A DNA stretch of 64,000 nucleotides from Tubiluchus corallicola (lineage: Eukaryota; Animalia; Priapulida), in contig JAQGDQ010000314.1 in NCBI GenBank assembly GCA_030141605.1, positions 214,492-278,491 on the forward strand, given 5' to 3'. Both the position numbers and the translations under genes were made by a program. Shown piece by piece: positions 38,230 through 51,588 of the stretch. Every line of letters begins with the position of its first letter. Positions within the stretch are counted from its first letter, which is position 1. Below the pieces are notes generated by a model. It was not told the DNA's origin. It saw only the letters and a list, made by a program, of their open reading frames with translations, and did not search any database.

Positions 38230-40737
38230 TGAACACAGATGAACAAAAGTGAACAATGAAATTGAACAAATAGCCTCAGTCATGCAAACAATGCGAAAGC
38301 AAAAAAAATCGGGCGAGATACTGTTGACATTTATATATATATAGTGCCCGGAGGCAAAATAGGTGCTGTAAATAATGAATTATTGAAGTTTGTCTCAGGA
38401 TTGACAAGCTTCGTTTGCTTGTCACGTGACGTGGCGACGTAGATCGATGTACTTAGATACCGAAAGACTATTTCCACTAAACAGCCTGGATACTTTGGGA
38501 ATTCAATGTAACACCATTAATTTATAAAGTGAACGCTGCGAAAGAGTTAATTGCAGTTAAACATGTTCATGGGAATGTTTCAGAATCCTGCGCCATGACA
38601 ACTAAGCTTACTTATTTATTAAACTAATAAAAGCAGGGCTGCTAGGTTAAAAATAGTTCTCAAAGACTATTAATTAAATTATTTTTAACAAGTGTTTTAT
38701 AAAATCTTTGATTTTAAACCTTAACCGGTCTTCATTTTTCAGTATTTTAAAACTTTTAAAAAGCTTTAAACTTTTGAAACATTGACACGTTCGATAAATA
38801 AGTGCATCATGATGTTTTGATAGATAGTGTGAATAGATCATTTTATGTCATCATATTTTTGAGATTGTGGTTTTCCTACCATTGCATACATTTGTTTTTC
38901 ATCTTCTGTCCCCCCGTCCCTGGAGACCAAAATAAGGATTACAACTGACATTAAATTATAGTAGCAGCATTTATTCGGAAGACATAAATTTTAAAAAGGA
39001 TTATGTCAATTTGTAGTAGCTGTACAGATCATAAGCGTAAAATTCAGCAAAATTTTCTCAACTTCGTTAAGCAAATATACAAATCAACAAATTCTTATGC
39101 CTAAAATGCATAAATTAATTTAATGCGTTGTTGATTTAATTTAAAGCTGTGATGATTTACTTTTGTACTCGCTTTTGCTAACTTATTATCTAACTAAGTA
39201 AATAAACTTTTAATTTATTAACTTGTGAATTACATTTTTCCTAAAGCTTGTTAAGTTATTTGTACCTGGCAAGTCAAGATCTTTTAACCCTACAAAACTG
39301 ACGGGAATAATGGATTTATCAACAATATGTTGTTTATATTACATAAAGCAATCTCGTAAATATTTTGAAATTAACATTTAATCATTTTAAAATCCTAGGT
39401 TTTAGTTTAGGCTTGCCAGAGCAGTGTGAGTCAGTGAATAAACAGAATAAATTTGACTAAAAACAACAAAATCAAAAGTTGTAATTCGTCGGGCAGGCAA
39501 ACATAAAGAACTCACCTTACTGGATGAGACTCGCGTTTCTGTCAAATAGTTGGTTGGTGATGACCTTGAGTGGACTGCTCAAAGTCAAAAGTAAAAGCAA
39601 TAGGCTTTCAGTAATGCACTACATGCACCTTACATGGAAATACCATAATTTTTATAACATCTCTGCAGCCAAGTGCTAGTCTTTGGGACTTTAGGTTGAT
39701 CGTTTTTCACACCAAAACCGCAAGTATCGACAACTTATAAATCAGAGAAATTATCATTTTGGCAGGAACAGTGACAGCAAACCTACTCGTGGATGTTACA
39801 ATAAGCAAAGGCACCAAAAGGTGTAGATCCAGTGTTCATCAAGTCCATTATTGAAACTATTCATGCTCTGAGCTGAAACCAATAGCGCTTGCACAGTTTC
39901 AGCACGCGATTTCCAAAAAAACAAACGAATTTTCTGTGCTCCAATGGATCTGCTTTTGGTTAACTTGAAAAAATGATCCCATGTGGCAGGCCATTGAACA
40001 TCCCCAGCCCTTTAGGACTTAAACAGTAATGGAGGGATAGAAGCATCATAATACATAGGTCCATTTGATAATGGATCTTCAGTCTTTTCTTTAAATTATT
40101 TCTATACGAAGTGCTTTTATTACTAAAGTCCATGTCACCTCTCAGCTAGAACCCTAGAACTATACCTTGCTTGTAGCCATGCTTATTAGTCGGTTAAAAT
40201 AAGTTGTTAATTGGCTTATTGTAAGCAGTGTATGCACTTACGAAACTCACTGTATGATATGCTTTGTCGTTTTTTAATTTGAGTACAACTTTAGTGACTT
40301 TGAGTTTTGCTTTTGCTAATGAAAACACTTACAAGGACGTAAACGGTGTTATTAAAGTATGAAAACGCTTAAAATGCTGCTTTACAAACCTTACAAACAC
40401 CCAGAGTTTGCAGAACAGCTATAATGAAATGCTTTCGTTAAATGTTTCAATAACAGACGAAAAAAATGACTTAAACACAGATTTACTGTAGTTTTTACAA
40501 AAATGATCAAAAACTTGATTTTATTTAAAATCTACCACATAATTTTCTAGGACTTTTATCCCTGTTAGGTCGTCGTCATCTGTGAACAACTTAAAATTAA
40601 AATGTAAACACACGAGATTAAAATAATTTGCATAATAACTCACAATCTATCACCATAATTAAAACTTCACATTTGGCAGAACATTCATTGTGAATAAATC
40701 AATATAAACTATGAAATAAAATAACCCTATATATATG

Positions 40738-40796
<59 letters not shown>

Positions 40797-41540
40797 TTAA
40801 TATCCTTGTGAGTTGAAGCGTGTCATTATTATGTAGTTAAAACATCATGAAATGGAATTGAGTTATATCTGAACTCGATTCTATTTTATGATGTTCTAAC
40901 AACATAACGATGACAAGCTTCAACTCACGATAGTTGAAATGTCCCGGAAAATTATGCGAATGTTTTTAAATGAATTCATGTTCACGGTTAAAGCCCAATT
41001 TTATTAAAAACTTGATTAAGTTGGCTATAGCTAATTATATGCAATATACACTTGATAGGCTTACATAAGTGTATTAATTATTGCAGATTTTACCAGAATA
41101 TTGTAATTTTCGAATGTTTTTTTTACATATGACGTGTATATTACATTTTTTACCAGTGTATCAAAGTAATTTACAACAGCATTGTAAAATACTTGCAGCT
41201 TGCGATGCTCGTAAATGGGATAATTTATTGAAATATTTTCAACACGAAACCAAATTTCCAATTATCTTAAACAGCTAAGCTCGATTTTGATAAAATTAAT
41301 TTCCAAAGGTTCCCCCAAAAGATTTTGTAGTAAACAATTAGTTTGCGTCACTCCAACGTATTTTCTATCAGTTTCCTATTGAGGAAAGTTCTCATACAAG
41401 TATTTTTTACTAAACCACGTGTTTTATTGAGTATTTGATGTTATGTACATATCTGACGAGAAAAGAAAATGTATTTAATAATTATTGTCACAAAAACTGT
41501 TTAGTTGAAGTTTATTTTAAAAATTCATTACGCTGGCATA

Positions 41541-41690
41541 TGAGAGAGAAAGAGAGAGAAGGAGGGAGGGAAGAAGAGAGAGAGAGAGAGGGGGGGAGAG
41601 GGAAGAAGTGAGAGAGATGGAAGAGGAAGAGACAGAGAGAGGGAGGGAGAGAGGGAAGAAGTGAGAGAGATGGAAGAGGAAGAGAGAGAA

Positions 41691-41721
<31 letters not shown>

Positions 41722-41772
41722 GGGAGGGAGGGAGGGAGGGAGGGAAGAAGTGAGAGAGAGAGAGAGATGGAA

Positions 41773-41829
<57 letters not shown>

Positions 41830-41877
41830 GGGGAGAGGGAAGGAGGGAGGGAAGAAGAGAGAGAGAGATGGAAGAGG

Positions 41878-41915
<38 letters not shown>

Positions 41916-41955
41916 TGGAAGAGGAAGAGAGAGAGGGGGAGAAAGGGGAGGAGAG
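41541..41955 (+). repeat. Complex GA-rich polypurine repeat
   Basis: (GA)n interleaved with recurring GAGAGATGGAAGAGG and GAGGGAAGAAG units; lies between the Wnt7 and ATXN10 3' ends. Confidence 0.95.
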
Positions 41956-44397
41956 TATGAAAGGCTCCATTAAAGATAAAGCTTCGTTTTGAAAGCAGCA
42001 AATAATTTGATAGACAGCTGTCACTTGGTCCACAAGCCAGCAGCTGTTATTCTCCCGTAAAAGCTGACGCACATTATGTGGGGTGTGAAATCAAGGAGGC
42101 GCACCTCTTCACTAAACGATTTTGAAAATTCCTTTGAATCTGCAATAACACAGCCTCTTCACAGACTTTAGACCCAAATCCGGACACTCGAGTCGATGAA
42201 ATCCGGAAAATAAACACTTATCCACGAGGTACAGTCCCACACTAGCTGGTGCGAGTTTAGTTTCTAAACTGTCAACATTTCTGGTCGAGTTGGTAGGACA
42301 GATACATGCGCCATTTATTTTAAACATGATTTAGATGTGAAACATGTACGAAAAAAATTAAAAAGAGTGTAGTAAAATAGCTCTCTCAAACAGGCAATTC
42401 AAAGCGATGTTAGCTTTTGTAAAGTTCTATATGAATGGCAGGGTAGGACGCTAGAGATGTTGAAATAAAACTGTAAATATATGTATGTGCAGTGACCAAT
42501 AAAACACTTGGCGCAAAACGGTATGTAGAGATGCGCTTACAAGTTGCAAAGTTGTGATGCCATTCACAAAATAATGGTTAATATTGGCTCAACTTTGTTG
42601 AATTAGCAAGATCTCTAATGCACCTTAATTCTTGCAACCGACTTACAAAAAATGTGAACTCCCCTTAAATTTTCCTTTTTCCCCTCACCTCTCTGACTTT
42701 TGTTTCTGCAACTCCTTTGTTCTCTTTGTCTCTCTCTCTCTCTTTCTCCTTCTCTCTCTCTCTCTCCTTTTCTCCTCTCTTACCTACACTAGAACACATT
42801 CCCGTAACTCTGCTTGAGGTCACTATATGCACATGCAAGTTCACAACCCAGCAGAAAGCCTGACCACCAAAAAATCAACTGTTATATTTCCAATTCACAT
42901 CAATCACTCAAAACTGACATGTGACACACAATTATGTTTAGATCTGTCACCAAAACATACAGACACTCCACCTTGGTTGTCGTTTGTAGACTGGCCTCAG
43001 CCAGCATTAGTAAACTCTGGTAAACAAATTCACGGTAGACTGTAGAAAATACGGAGACGTCATTAAACCATTCAGACAAGAAACCTTCAAATGCATCCAC
43101 TATTTGAAGAACAACAGCCTATTTCTACCAGAAACAATTCGAGTGGCAGTAGCGTTCATCGTCAAATTATACAACATATATAACATATATCGATTATTTT
43201 AATTACTTTATATCAAAATTAATACTCAATGTTTTATAATATTAATATAATTAATTTTTACATTACACTATGCTACACCACACTACATAGGACTACACAC
43301 TAGACTACTTTATACAATGATAAATCACTACATATTACACTGATCTTTTGCATTCTTATTATTGTGAGATAGAGTTTTGGTTATTTTAACTTCTGCTATT
43401 GCTAAGGCAACTTTGGAATTCATGCACCTTAAATTTTTCTTTTTGCAAAATTTGCACATTGCAATGTTAAAACAGAGGAAACAGCTTCTAATGGGCTTTC
43501 AGCTATTTGTCATTTGTTTTGTCTTTTCTCAATGTGAAGTTTGAGTAATGTGCATCCATGTAAGTGGCCATTATAGTAATTTAGTTTTAATGTTGCTATA
43601 ATGCTGCTTTTGGTGAGTGATAAATATTATTGGTGTTATAATGTATGAATTAAACATATTAATATCATAGTTTATGAATCAATAATTACTAATCTACTAC
43701 TCAGTGTTTTACCAGGTAATCAAACATTTTTTATAATTATTTTTGAACATTAATTTTTAATATTCCATTACATATTTTATGAAAAATGATGTACAGTTAC
43801 TTGAGTCAAGAAACATCATCAGCATACACCTTTATATAAGCTACAAAATAACAACAATAACTTTTTTGAATTTATTCTGTATTTTGTCATTTGTTTCAGT
43901 ATATCATAAACCAGGTTTTTGAAATAAAACCATTTTTTAGCATGTTTGTCCTTTAGCATTTAAGTTTACAACTAAAATGTGGAAGAAAAACATTCATCAA
44001 CATGGAGTGGTTAATGTTACACGATCTTAATCATTATGCTGACATAATGCTGTCAGGCGTTAGGTGACAAGATATCAACATTCACCACATTACAATTACA
44101 AGAGTTACCTTTGCATTAGAACACATCTTTGTTTTGTGAACAAAAACACACATTTAGTAAAAAATATATAAATATTACATGACCTATAAGTTGCATTTTC
44201 CAACAAACAATGATAGACATGTAAACGTTTTGCACCAAACAATGGTGCCATATTAATATCTTTACAAAATATTAATTTTAAATTATAGTTCTTTACATTA
44301 TCATCTTGAAACATAATTGCTGACAGAACATTCACCTTGCTTTGTGTAAATACGGTGTCTTTACTCAAAATTTGTTACAGGCTATCCAACTAGCCTG

Positions 44398-44561
44398 TTA
44401 GCTTTTGTCGGCAGCACCGCATTTTGACAAAGATATCCCTAATTCATTAAGCACAGTACTAGGAGCATTGCCTTGGTGATTCAGAGCTGCTATAAATGAC
44501 TTATTTTCTGCATTTCCATCACACAGGTTTCGAATGGCAAATACACTCCATTGCAATATAA
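44398..44561 (-). CDS. ATXN10: Ataxin-10 last coding exon
   Basis: (F)ILQWSVFAIRNLCDGNAENKSFIAALNHQG..LNELGISL..* matches the ataxin-10 C-terminal motif PF..QW...AIRNL...N..NQ. Missed by the ORF track. Confidence 0.93.
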
Positions 44562-45131
44562 CTTCAGCGCATTAAGGAATAAAAACTGTATTCAAAATTG
44601 CTAAAGCCATGTGCCGAAACAAAGGCCAAATACACTGTCATAACTAACATGTATATTGACCATTAGCTGTATTTTAATATCACATAAGAAGGCACAAACT
44701 GAACGAACGTATATAAATTAAAAATAACAAATAACAATTGAAAAAAGCAAAGTTTTCAAAATATAGAAAATGCTTTGCTTGACACTCAAAAAAACAGCAT
44801 TAGCAAACCACAAAAAATGGAGTCAACACACATCACGACACACACATCTCATTACAGGCATACATCACATAGATGTACAAAGGCGCACACCACACAGATG
44901 AACAGAAAGCTCATCGTGTTTTTTTCTAGGACACCATTCATCAAACAAAATTTGTTCATTTTCCCAGTAGCAAAGTGAGGGGTTTGGCAGCCCTGTACAG
45001 TAGGCAAATTGGCCACCACTTCCTTAAAAGTAACATGACTTCGACAGACAATAAAAAAACAAATTTAGTAATTTTTTGTTACAAAATTTAATTGATTTCT
45101 AACCTTCAAATTGCGAAGTCCTTATAATCTC

Positions 45132-45467
45132 TGTTGTGGAGATCCACTAGAATGTTCTATAGTATAGTAGAACCAATCTTCCTACCTTATAGAAGCAGTT
45201 GAAGTTTCGAGAACTTTCTATACGCGATGTGGTAGTTTCTAGATTGTTGATTGCAATGATATATAAGGCGGAGCTGGCCGCTCAAGTTTAATCTCGTATT
45301 CTCAGATTAATCTCAGATTCTCGCTTCCAGATTATCACTTGATTATACATATTCTGCGTTCCTTCATACTTATGTGTTGTAGAATTCTCGCATAACAAAC
45401 TAGTTTAATTTAACGACGTGTTTTCTGGTTTTCTCAACGAGCCGTCCGAGAGAAACATAACACAACA
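45132..45467 (+). mobile_element. Solo LTR (336 bp, 5-bp TSD ATCTC)
   Basis: ATCTC|TGTTGTG...CACAACA|ATCTC gives a perfect 7-bp terminal inverted repeat and 5-bp TSD; TATATAA at 45260. Confidence 0.9.
45200..45219. promoter_or_regulatory. Heat-shock element (four alternating nGAAn units) in solo LTR
   Basis: tGAAg-tTTCg-aGAAc-tTTCt is a perfect HSE ~40 nt upstream of a TATA box; a second partial element CTAGAATGTTCTA lies at 45147. Confidence 0.7.
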
Positions 45468-45946
45468 ATCTCTTCAACATCAAGTGATTCGGTACATTCT
45501 CTTTGAAAGGAAAGAATGCTAAGTTAGTGAGTCTATGATTGCTCATAGGTGAGCAAAGATGATTCTTTATTATTTAAATTTAAATTTAGAAAAACTTTGC
45601 TTGCAGTTGATCACGCTGACACCTTTTGTTAAAAATATTCTCAGCAATATCATCAAATTTCCCACTTAGTGGCAAAATTCAGCCATTTGGGAAAAAAGTC
45701 ATCATCAAAAAAAATACCTCAAAATCGCTAGAAAGTAATAAAATTATAGTACTGGCCGTCCTGTGCAGTCTGCATACCCCATGCTACACCGCTGTATTTC
45801 TCAAAATTTTCACATAGCAGCCATATAACTAATATAACATCTGATACAACATCAACCAGCAAAAATTGCATTTTTTTAAAAAAATACTCTGTAAGTTTTA
45901 ATAAATTATTATTATCGGGAAACAAAAGTAAGAAACTAAAAGATAC

Positions 45947-46010
45947 ATGGATTTTTGTCATCAATATTACAGCAATCCAGAATAAGTGAGATTCCATCCA
46001 TTTTTCTAAC
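45947..46010 (-). CDS. ATXN10: Ataxin-10 coding exon (64 nt)
   Basis: TTTTCAG|VRKMDGISLILDCCNIDDKNP T|GTATCTTT, compared with human VNELDGIPLILDNCNISDSNPF. Confidence 0.95.
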
Positions 46011-46509
46011 CTGAAAACGCAAAAGAATTTTATTACATTGTTATTTATTAGCTAAAAACAAACCATGAACAAACAAAAAATTGAGGCCTACATTGGAATT
46101 TGAAAAACTAAAAACTGTGAAACCCGGCAGGTAGACAACTTTCAGTCATAAATTGAAAAAACAACTTGAATGGGTTTCCTAAATGCAGAGGAGAAGGAAA
46201 TCCTCTAATAAAAAGTTTTTGGCATACAATTTTACAATCACTGCATCCTACAAAGAGGCCTTGGTACGTCTTTTTCCTGACTAAGTAAAACTAAATGAAC
46301 TTATGAGGCTAGTTATCAACTAATAACATTGTCTTTTCATTGGCACTTGTTGATTAGAAGATGTAATGCTGTATCTTTAAACAGGCAACTTTTGAAGCCA
46401 GTGCCAACCAACATTATGACAGCCAAAAAAACAAAAGCGTAAAAACTGAAATAAGTTTTATTCGCTGGAGGAACAATACCAACCGCTATTAAGTATCAAT
46501 TACTCTTAA

Positions 46510-47102
46510 AGTAAAACTGGACCCAATGTTTAACTGTAGGTCAGCCTATTCTTTAAAATATTGAAAGGAAACATATTATTTTCTGCCTTACGTGAAAGAA
46601 TTATTACCACAAAAACACAATTTTGCATTTGCACCACTAGTTCTTCACTGTTACATGCATTTCGCCATTCGCTAGTTACATGGGCACGTGCCCACATTTC
46701 AGAAAGCATAGCACTTCTTTATCTCTCAGTTCAGATGTGTTAGTTTGTGATGAACTGCACACATTTGACAGCTCATGCACAAGCACAGCAGTAAATCTGA
46801 AATCTGAGTTTTTATCTTAAAACTTGCCTAGTCTTAGTACAACAGACTGAATATCTTACAGTAGCACTGTACTTCAATTTTTGCTTTCGCAAACATGCGC
46901 AACATGCTCATGGAATGTTTTTGATGTTGAAAATTATGTTGGTTTGTGATGTCATCACTAGTTGGGCTTGCCCGCCATTAATTAAGATTTTAATCTACTA
47001 TTTATCTATCAGAAATGCTTTTGCAGTATTACTGGTGTTAAAATGTATACTTTTACCGTACTTGAAAATTAGGTAGTACATGAAAAATCGTCCTGTCTTC
47101 TT
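46510..47102 (+). mobile_element. Kolobok-like non-autonomous DNA transposon, copy 3
   Basis: TTAA|AGTAAAACTGGAC...GTCCTGTCTTCTT|TTAA; colinear with copies 1 and 2. Confidence 0.72.
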
Positions 47103-48629
47103 TTAAGTCACTTGACAAGAGTAACTAATAATAACTATAACAAATGGCTACCCACAAGGGTTGAAAAAGTAATGTTCTATAGCCAGTGAAAAGTGAAACA
47201 TCACTACTTATGTGAATTGCTGCATAACCTATGCAAACTACTGGCAGAATGATTTCCTGACATCATAATGCACGAGTGCAAACTCTCAAGCAAAAGCTAC
47301 AAAATTCAACTACGAGTCAAACATTTACAATGAGAACACGCATTGTGACGAGCAGGATAACGACAGCCATAAATATCACTGTCCCACCCTAGTTTGTGCT
47401 AAACGAGCAGCGAAAATAATTTAGAGAGCCATTAGAAAACAGGGGGTCGATCGGAACAAAATGTGAGCACTGTGAATGTGTACAGGTGTTGAAATTTATG
47501 TCCTCACTAAGTCCAGGTGTCTCCTATAAATGTTGCATTGAGTGAAGGCTTTAAGTTCTGTGCACGGGGTCAAAGCATTCAGCTCGTACTGAGCCTCAGC
47601 AGAGATTTACTACATACGTGTTCATGTAATTTATGATAATTATATGATATGTCTTAAGTCATCATATCTTTCTCAACTTAATTGGGACAGATGTTATGTA
47701 CTCACCATGTTTGTCTGTTTATCTGCAAGATATCTAAAAAATTAGCTTAGCCAGGACCATGGATTAGCTTTTATGAAGAGCACTTGAGAATATAAAAAGA
47801 AAAATGAGATTTCAGGTGAGGTCACACTACAGTGCTCTAAAAGATGCAAAATTAGGGCAGTCACAATTAATAACTAAATAAACAAAAATAGGAAACAACT
47901 AGGATGTCATGAAATGACCATATCAATATTAGCGTGTTTATTGTCTTGTTATGTAATGCTTAATCCTTGTTGTTATTGTTGTTGTTGTTGCAGTTCCAAG
48001 TGTTGCCGTTGCCGTAGTCTTCATCCATAGCTGATGTTATTGCTATTGTTGTTATTACATCACTATTCTTTTGATGTTAACAATCCCACCAACAGTGTAA
48101 AAGCTGCAAAGCCCGGTCATGATAGTTCATGTAACTCTAGTACCTGCAGAAGAGACTAGAAAACTAAACTCATTTGTAATAAACAGAGTGTCTTAACTCT
48201 ACAAGACGTTAGCGCCCAACAATAGACAATAAAAAAGCCAAACAGGGATCATTTTTTTTGCCTATTCATTAGTAGCACCGTCTAGCTTTCTCGCTGCCAA
48301 GTAATGCATAAACAATTGTCTACCTGCGTGTAAAACACGGTGTGGCTGCATTCAACTAATTTATTACAGTGCTGACTTTAAATGGCTGCCCCCAGGCGGC
48401 GACTGAGCACAGATGTTGAAAGGCAAGCGGCTATAAATCAGCAGAATTTTTCACTTATCTACAGTAGGTGGTTTTAACAGCGCCGCCATAAATGTCGCAC
48501 AGGAACACCGACAGATACTTGATGTAAAAAAGACTCACAAATTTAAATGAGATATCTTTGGTGAAGCTGATGTTTCGAATTAATTATTTCTCACTGGATA
48601 TTTGCTTTAATATGAGCAAGATCAGTGAT

Positions 48630-48767
48630 CCGAAGCTAAACTGGTGACACTTCTAAAGCATGAATTTCAAAATCTTCTACCACGATATGTGTTGGGAGTA
48701 ATGTTACACAGTTTATGCAACTATGGGAGCGAAGCTAAACTGGTGACACTTCTAAAGCATGAATTTC
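48630..48767 (+). repeat. 38-bp direct repeat, two copies 99 bp apart
   Basis: CGAAGCTAAACTGGTGACACTTCTAAAGCATGAATTTC at ~48631 and ~48730. Confidence 0.88.
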
Positions 48768-49567
48768 TAACCGCTAAGCAGCATTTGCTTAAGTGTTATC
48801 CTGTCATTTTCTTCAGCATATTCAAGTGTTCAACAATAATTCACCAGTGAAATGGTATTAATACACTGCACCACTTTAATCAACCTTTAACGTAAATCAG
48901 ATAACATTGTAGACTTTTGTTCATTACTCCTTTAGTTGAAAATGTGTGTTTCTTTTTATTTCACAAATTTTCTTGTTTGTCTATAACTGAAATAAATCGA
49001 GAAACTAAACAAAATTATAAACTAGAGTTGAACCAAGTTGTGAAGATGCTCAAAATTAATTGTCCAAAGTGTTCAAAAACTATTCAGCTCCGGGGGCTGT
49101 ATCAACAACAGACCTTGTTATAACTGTTTGGTATAACTTAAAATTTCTCTAATTGTTATTTTTGTTAAGTCCTTAGAGACGATCAGCTTTTTATCGAAAA
49201 GCATGTTGTAAATTTAAATTGTTAAAATTAAATAAGATGCTTTCGTAATTTTAACCAAATGATATACTTCCACAAAAATATTTTTTGCTGTGTTATGAGA
49301 AACAAAATTGCAGAGAAGCGAAATGGTCAATATTACAGGAAAAGATCCAAAACAACATTTAAATATTGTTGCCACTTTACAGACAGTTACTACACGTCCA
49401 TTAAAGAAGTCTCACAGTTGAAACATGTCATATGTAGATGATATACAAGCAAACAAATGGTTTATGAGGAGAAACTTACCATAATTTAGCATGGCTGTAG
49501 ACATTATATCTAGTTCTAAAAGAGCTTACACAGTTTTATGTAAAGAAAAAGCTGTAAAAAAGCATAC

Positions 49568-49749
49568 CTTATCTTGATTTGCACGATGATGGTAACTCAA
49601 GTTACCAATTAACCTAATTAGATCACGTTTAAATCCGTTAACAGGATGGACATTGTCTGCTCCATCTACTGGCAAATCTGCTAACTTCTGACTAGCCGTA
49701 AACACATTATCACCCGTTTTGCCCAACGCATGAATCTGTTGCAGTAATT
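49568..49749 (-). CDS. ATXN10: Ataxin-10 coding exon
   Basis: (K)LLQQIHALGKTGDNVF...NGFKRDLIRLIGNLSYHHRANQDK|GT carries the GFK..LIRLIGNL.Y....NQDK signature of ataxin-10. Confidence 0.97.
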
Positions 49750-49934
49750 CTACAAAAACAAGAATGTAGACAAGCATTTTTTCATTTCTACTTTTGTGTA
49801 AAAAAATATTATTAATACATTATCCAATCTGCATAATGCTATTAAATGAGGCAAATATAGTGGCACTTTGATCATATTTTGCTTACTGATATGATTATTA
49901 AGCAGTTATTTGGTTCTCAAAGTAATGTACTTAC

Positions 49935-50055
49935 TCACTGCAGTAACTAAGATGTGGTGATTGTTGCGCAGTTCACCATAGTGACAATGATCACTTGTAA
50001 CAACGCATAACAATCGCAACAGACGAACTACCACCAAACTTTCATTTTGTCTTTC
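49935..50055 (-). CDS. ATXN10: Ataxin-10 coding exon
   Basis: TTTTCAG|ERQNESLVVVRLLRLLCVVTSDHCHYGELRNNHHILVTAV A|GTAAGT, compared with human EALATIRLLDVLCEMT; phases consistent. Confidence 0.9.
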
Positions 50056-51191
50056 CTGAAAACAGAAAAACGAAAAAAAAAAATTTTTATACGGTTTAAT
50101 ATCAAAAGTGAACAGATTTATGCTCCCCAGTATCTTGATCTGTTCCAATCTGCATAATACCAGAACCATAAATTCACAATGTGTATATTAAAAATCAAAC
50201 TCATCTATTCTAGACACATATTAACTCATTAATTAGAAAATTCTTGTAGTGTTCCTTCGATGTTAAATTAGACATTTTTAAGAGTTACTGTTGTAATGAC
50301 TGTTGTGATTCTGGCATACATGTAAGCTCCATATGAATTACACAATTTCACTATTTTAAGACGTGGAACAACAGACTGCACACAAATAATAATCGTCGAA
50401 CGTGGTAGATACGAATGTTTTTTTACTGTATGTATTGTATATAGCAGTATTTTTAGTGAAGTAATATTTTCATAAAACAGCACTGTAAAGCAACTTAAGA
50501 CACGTAATTAGCAATTTGCAAGTTCCTCTATCAACCATTACTCTTAGAAGAAATGTACAACATTACTAGTTATGCAATCACTATAGTAACCCGCCACACA
50601 CAGTTTCGAACACCAAAACATATACCCAATTACAAAAATTCACAGATATCATTGTTTCATCAGGACAATAAACCCCAAAATAAAATAATTTTCTTATAAA
50701 AGTCATGATACGAAGTCATTTTCTGCTCAAATTTCTAAAGAACAAAAAAGCGAAGTGTACAGAAAACAGTCTTGTATCAGAAGATGCAATTTTTGTAGAC
50801 GTGCAAAATTTAGCAGCTCTAGTCTCTGTGCCTAAGGTTGCCTATTTAAAGCCCATTTTTCTAAGACAACTTGATTTCCTTTTTCCATTCTTTCATATAA
50901 AAGCCTGATTGCTAACATTACACAATAACAAAACATATTTTGTGAACCGTTTTATGATGATAATTGTGAAAGTTTGATGATATTTTATGGTTTTCTAAAT
51001 GTACTTTTACAACATGAATAGAGCAAAATTATTTTGAGGTGTATTAGCTTTGAACTTATTTTAGGAAATAAAAAACCTGACTTCTTCGCATGCACAATTA
51101 TTACTACTGTAAATGATAAGTAGAAGGAAAAACACAATAACAGAAATTTTACTTTCCATCTACTTTTAATATACAAAACTGAAAAATTTAC

Positions 51192-51354
51192 CTGGCTGTC
51201 GACATCATTAGCTGAAGCGGCAAAAATTTTATCTGAATTTCTCACAAACTCAGCACACAGAATCTGTAAACAATCTACGTTAGTTTCAGTTGCTGACCTG
51301 GTCCTGCCATCTTGTGCTGACAAATTACAACTCACGAAATCCAAAATTGTGATT
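51192..51354 (-). CDS. ATXN10: Ataxin-10 coding exon
   Basis: TTGCAG|A ITILDFVSCNLS..LQILCAEFVRNSDKIF..DSQ|GTAAAT, compared with human RVTLLDLM..IASTFVDQ; phases 2 and 0 consistent. Confidence 0.85.
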
Positions 51355-51588
51355 CTGCAAGAAAATTTTAGATATGTTTTCAAACATATCAATTACAGCA
51401 TTTCAAATGATTAAAGTTGTAAAAACATAGAGAGGCTATACGACTTAAACATTCGTTTTATAATATTACTTAATTAGGCATTGTCGACCTGAGTAATGAC
51501 TTACTTTTTTTATAAGTGACCTAGTGCTAGAAATCTAAAGATATTTAAAAAATTACCAAATCAGATTCAGATTGCTCTTTGCCACATA

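Larger units (their letters stand above)
44562..45946 (-). other. ATXN10: U12-type (minor spliceosome) GT-AG intron of ATXN10
   Basis: The 5' site is GTATCTTTT. The branch site TTCCTTAAT (44571-44579) lies 9 nt from the 3' junction, with no polypyrimidine tract. Confidence 0.88.

Noticed and set aside
41512-42072. RE-rich and SL-rich ORFs
   Set aside because: Translation of the GA-rich repeat.
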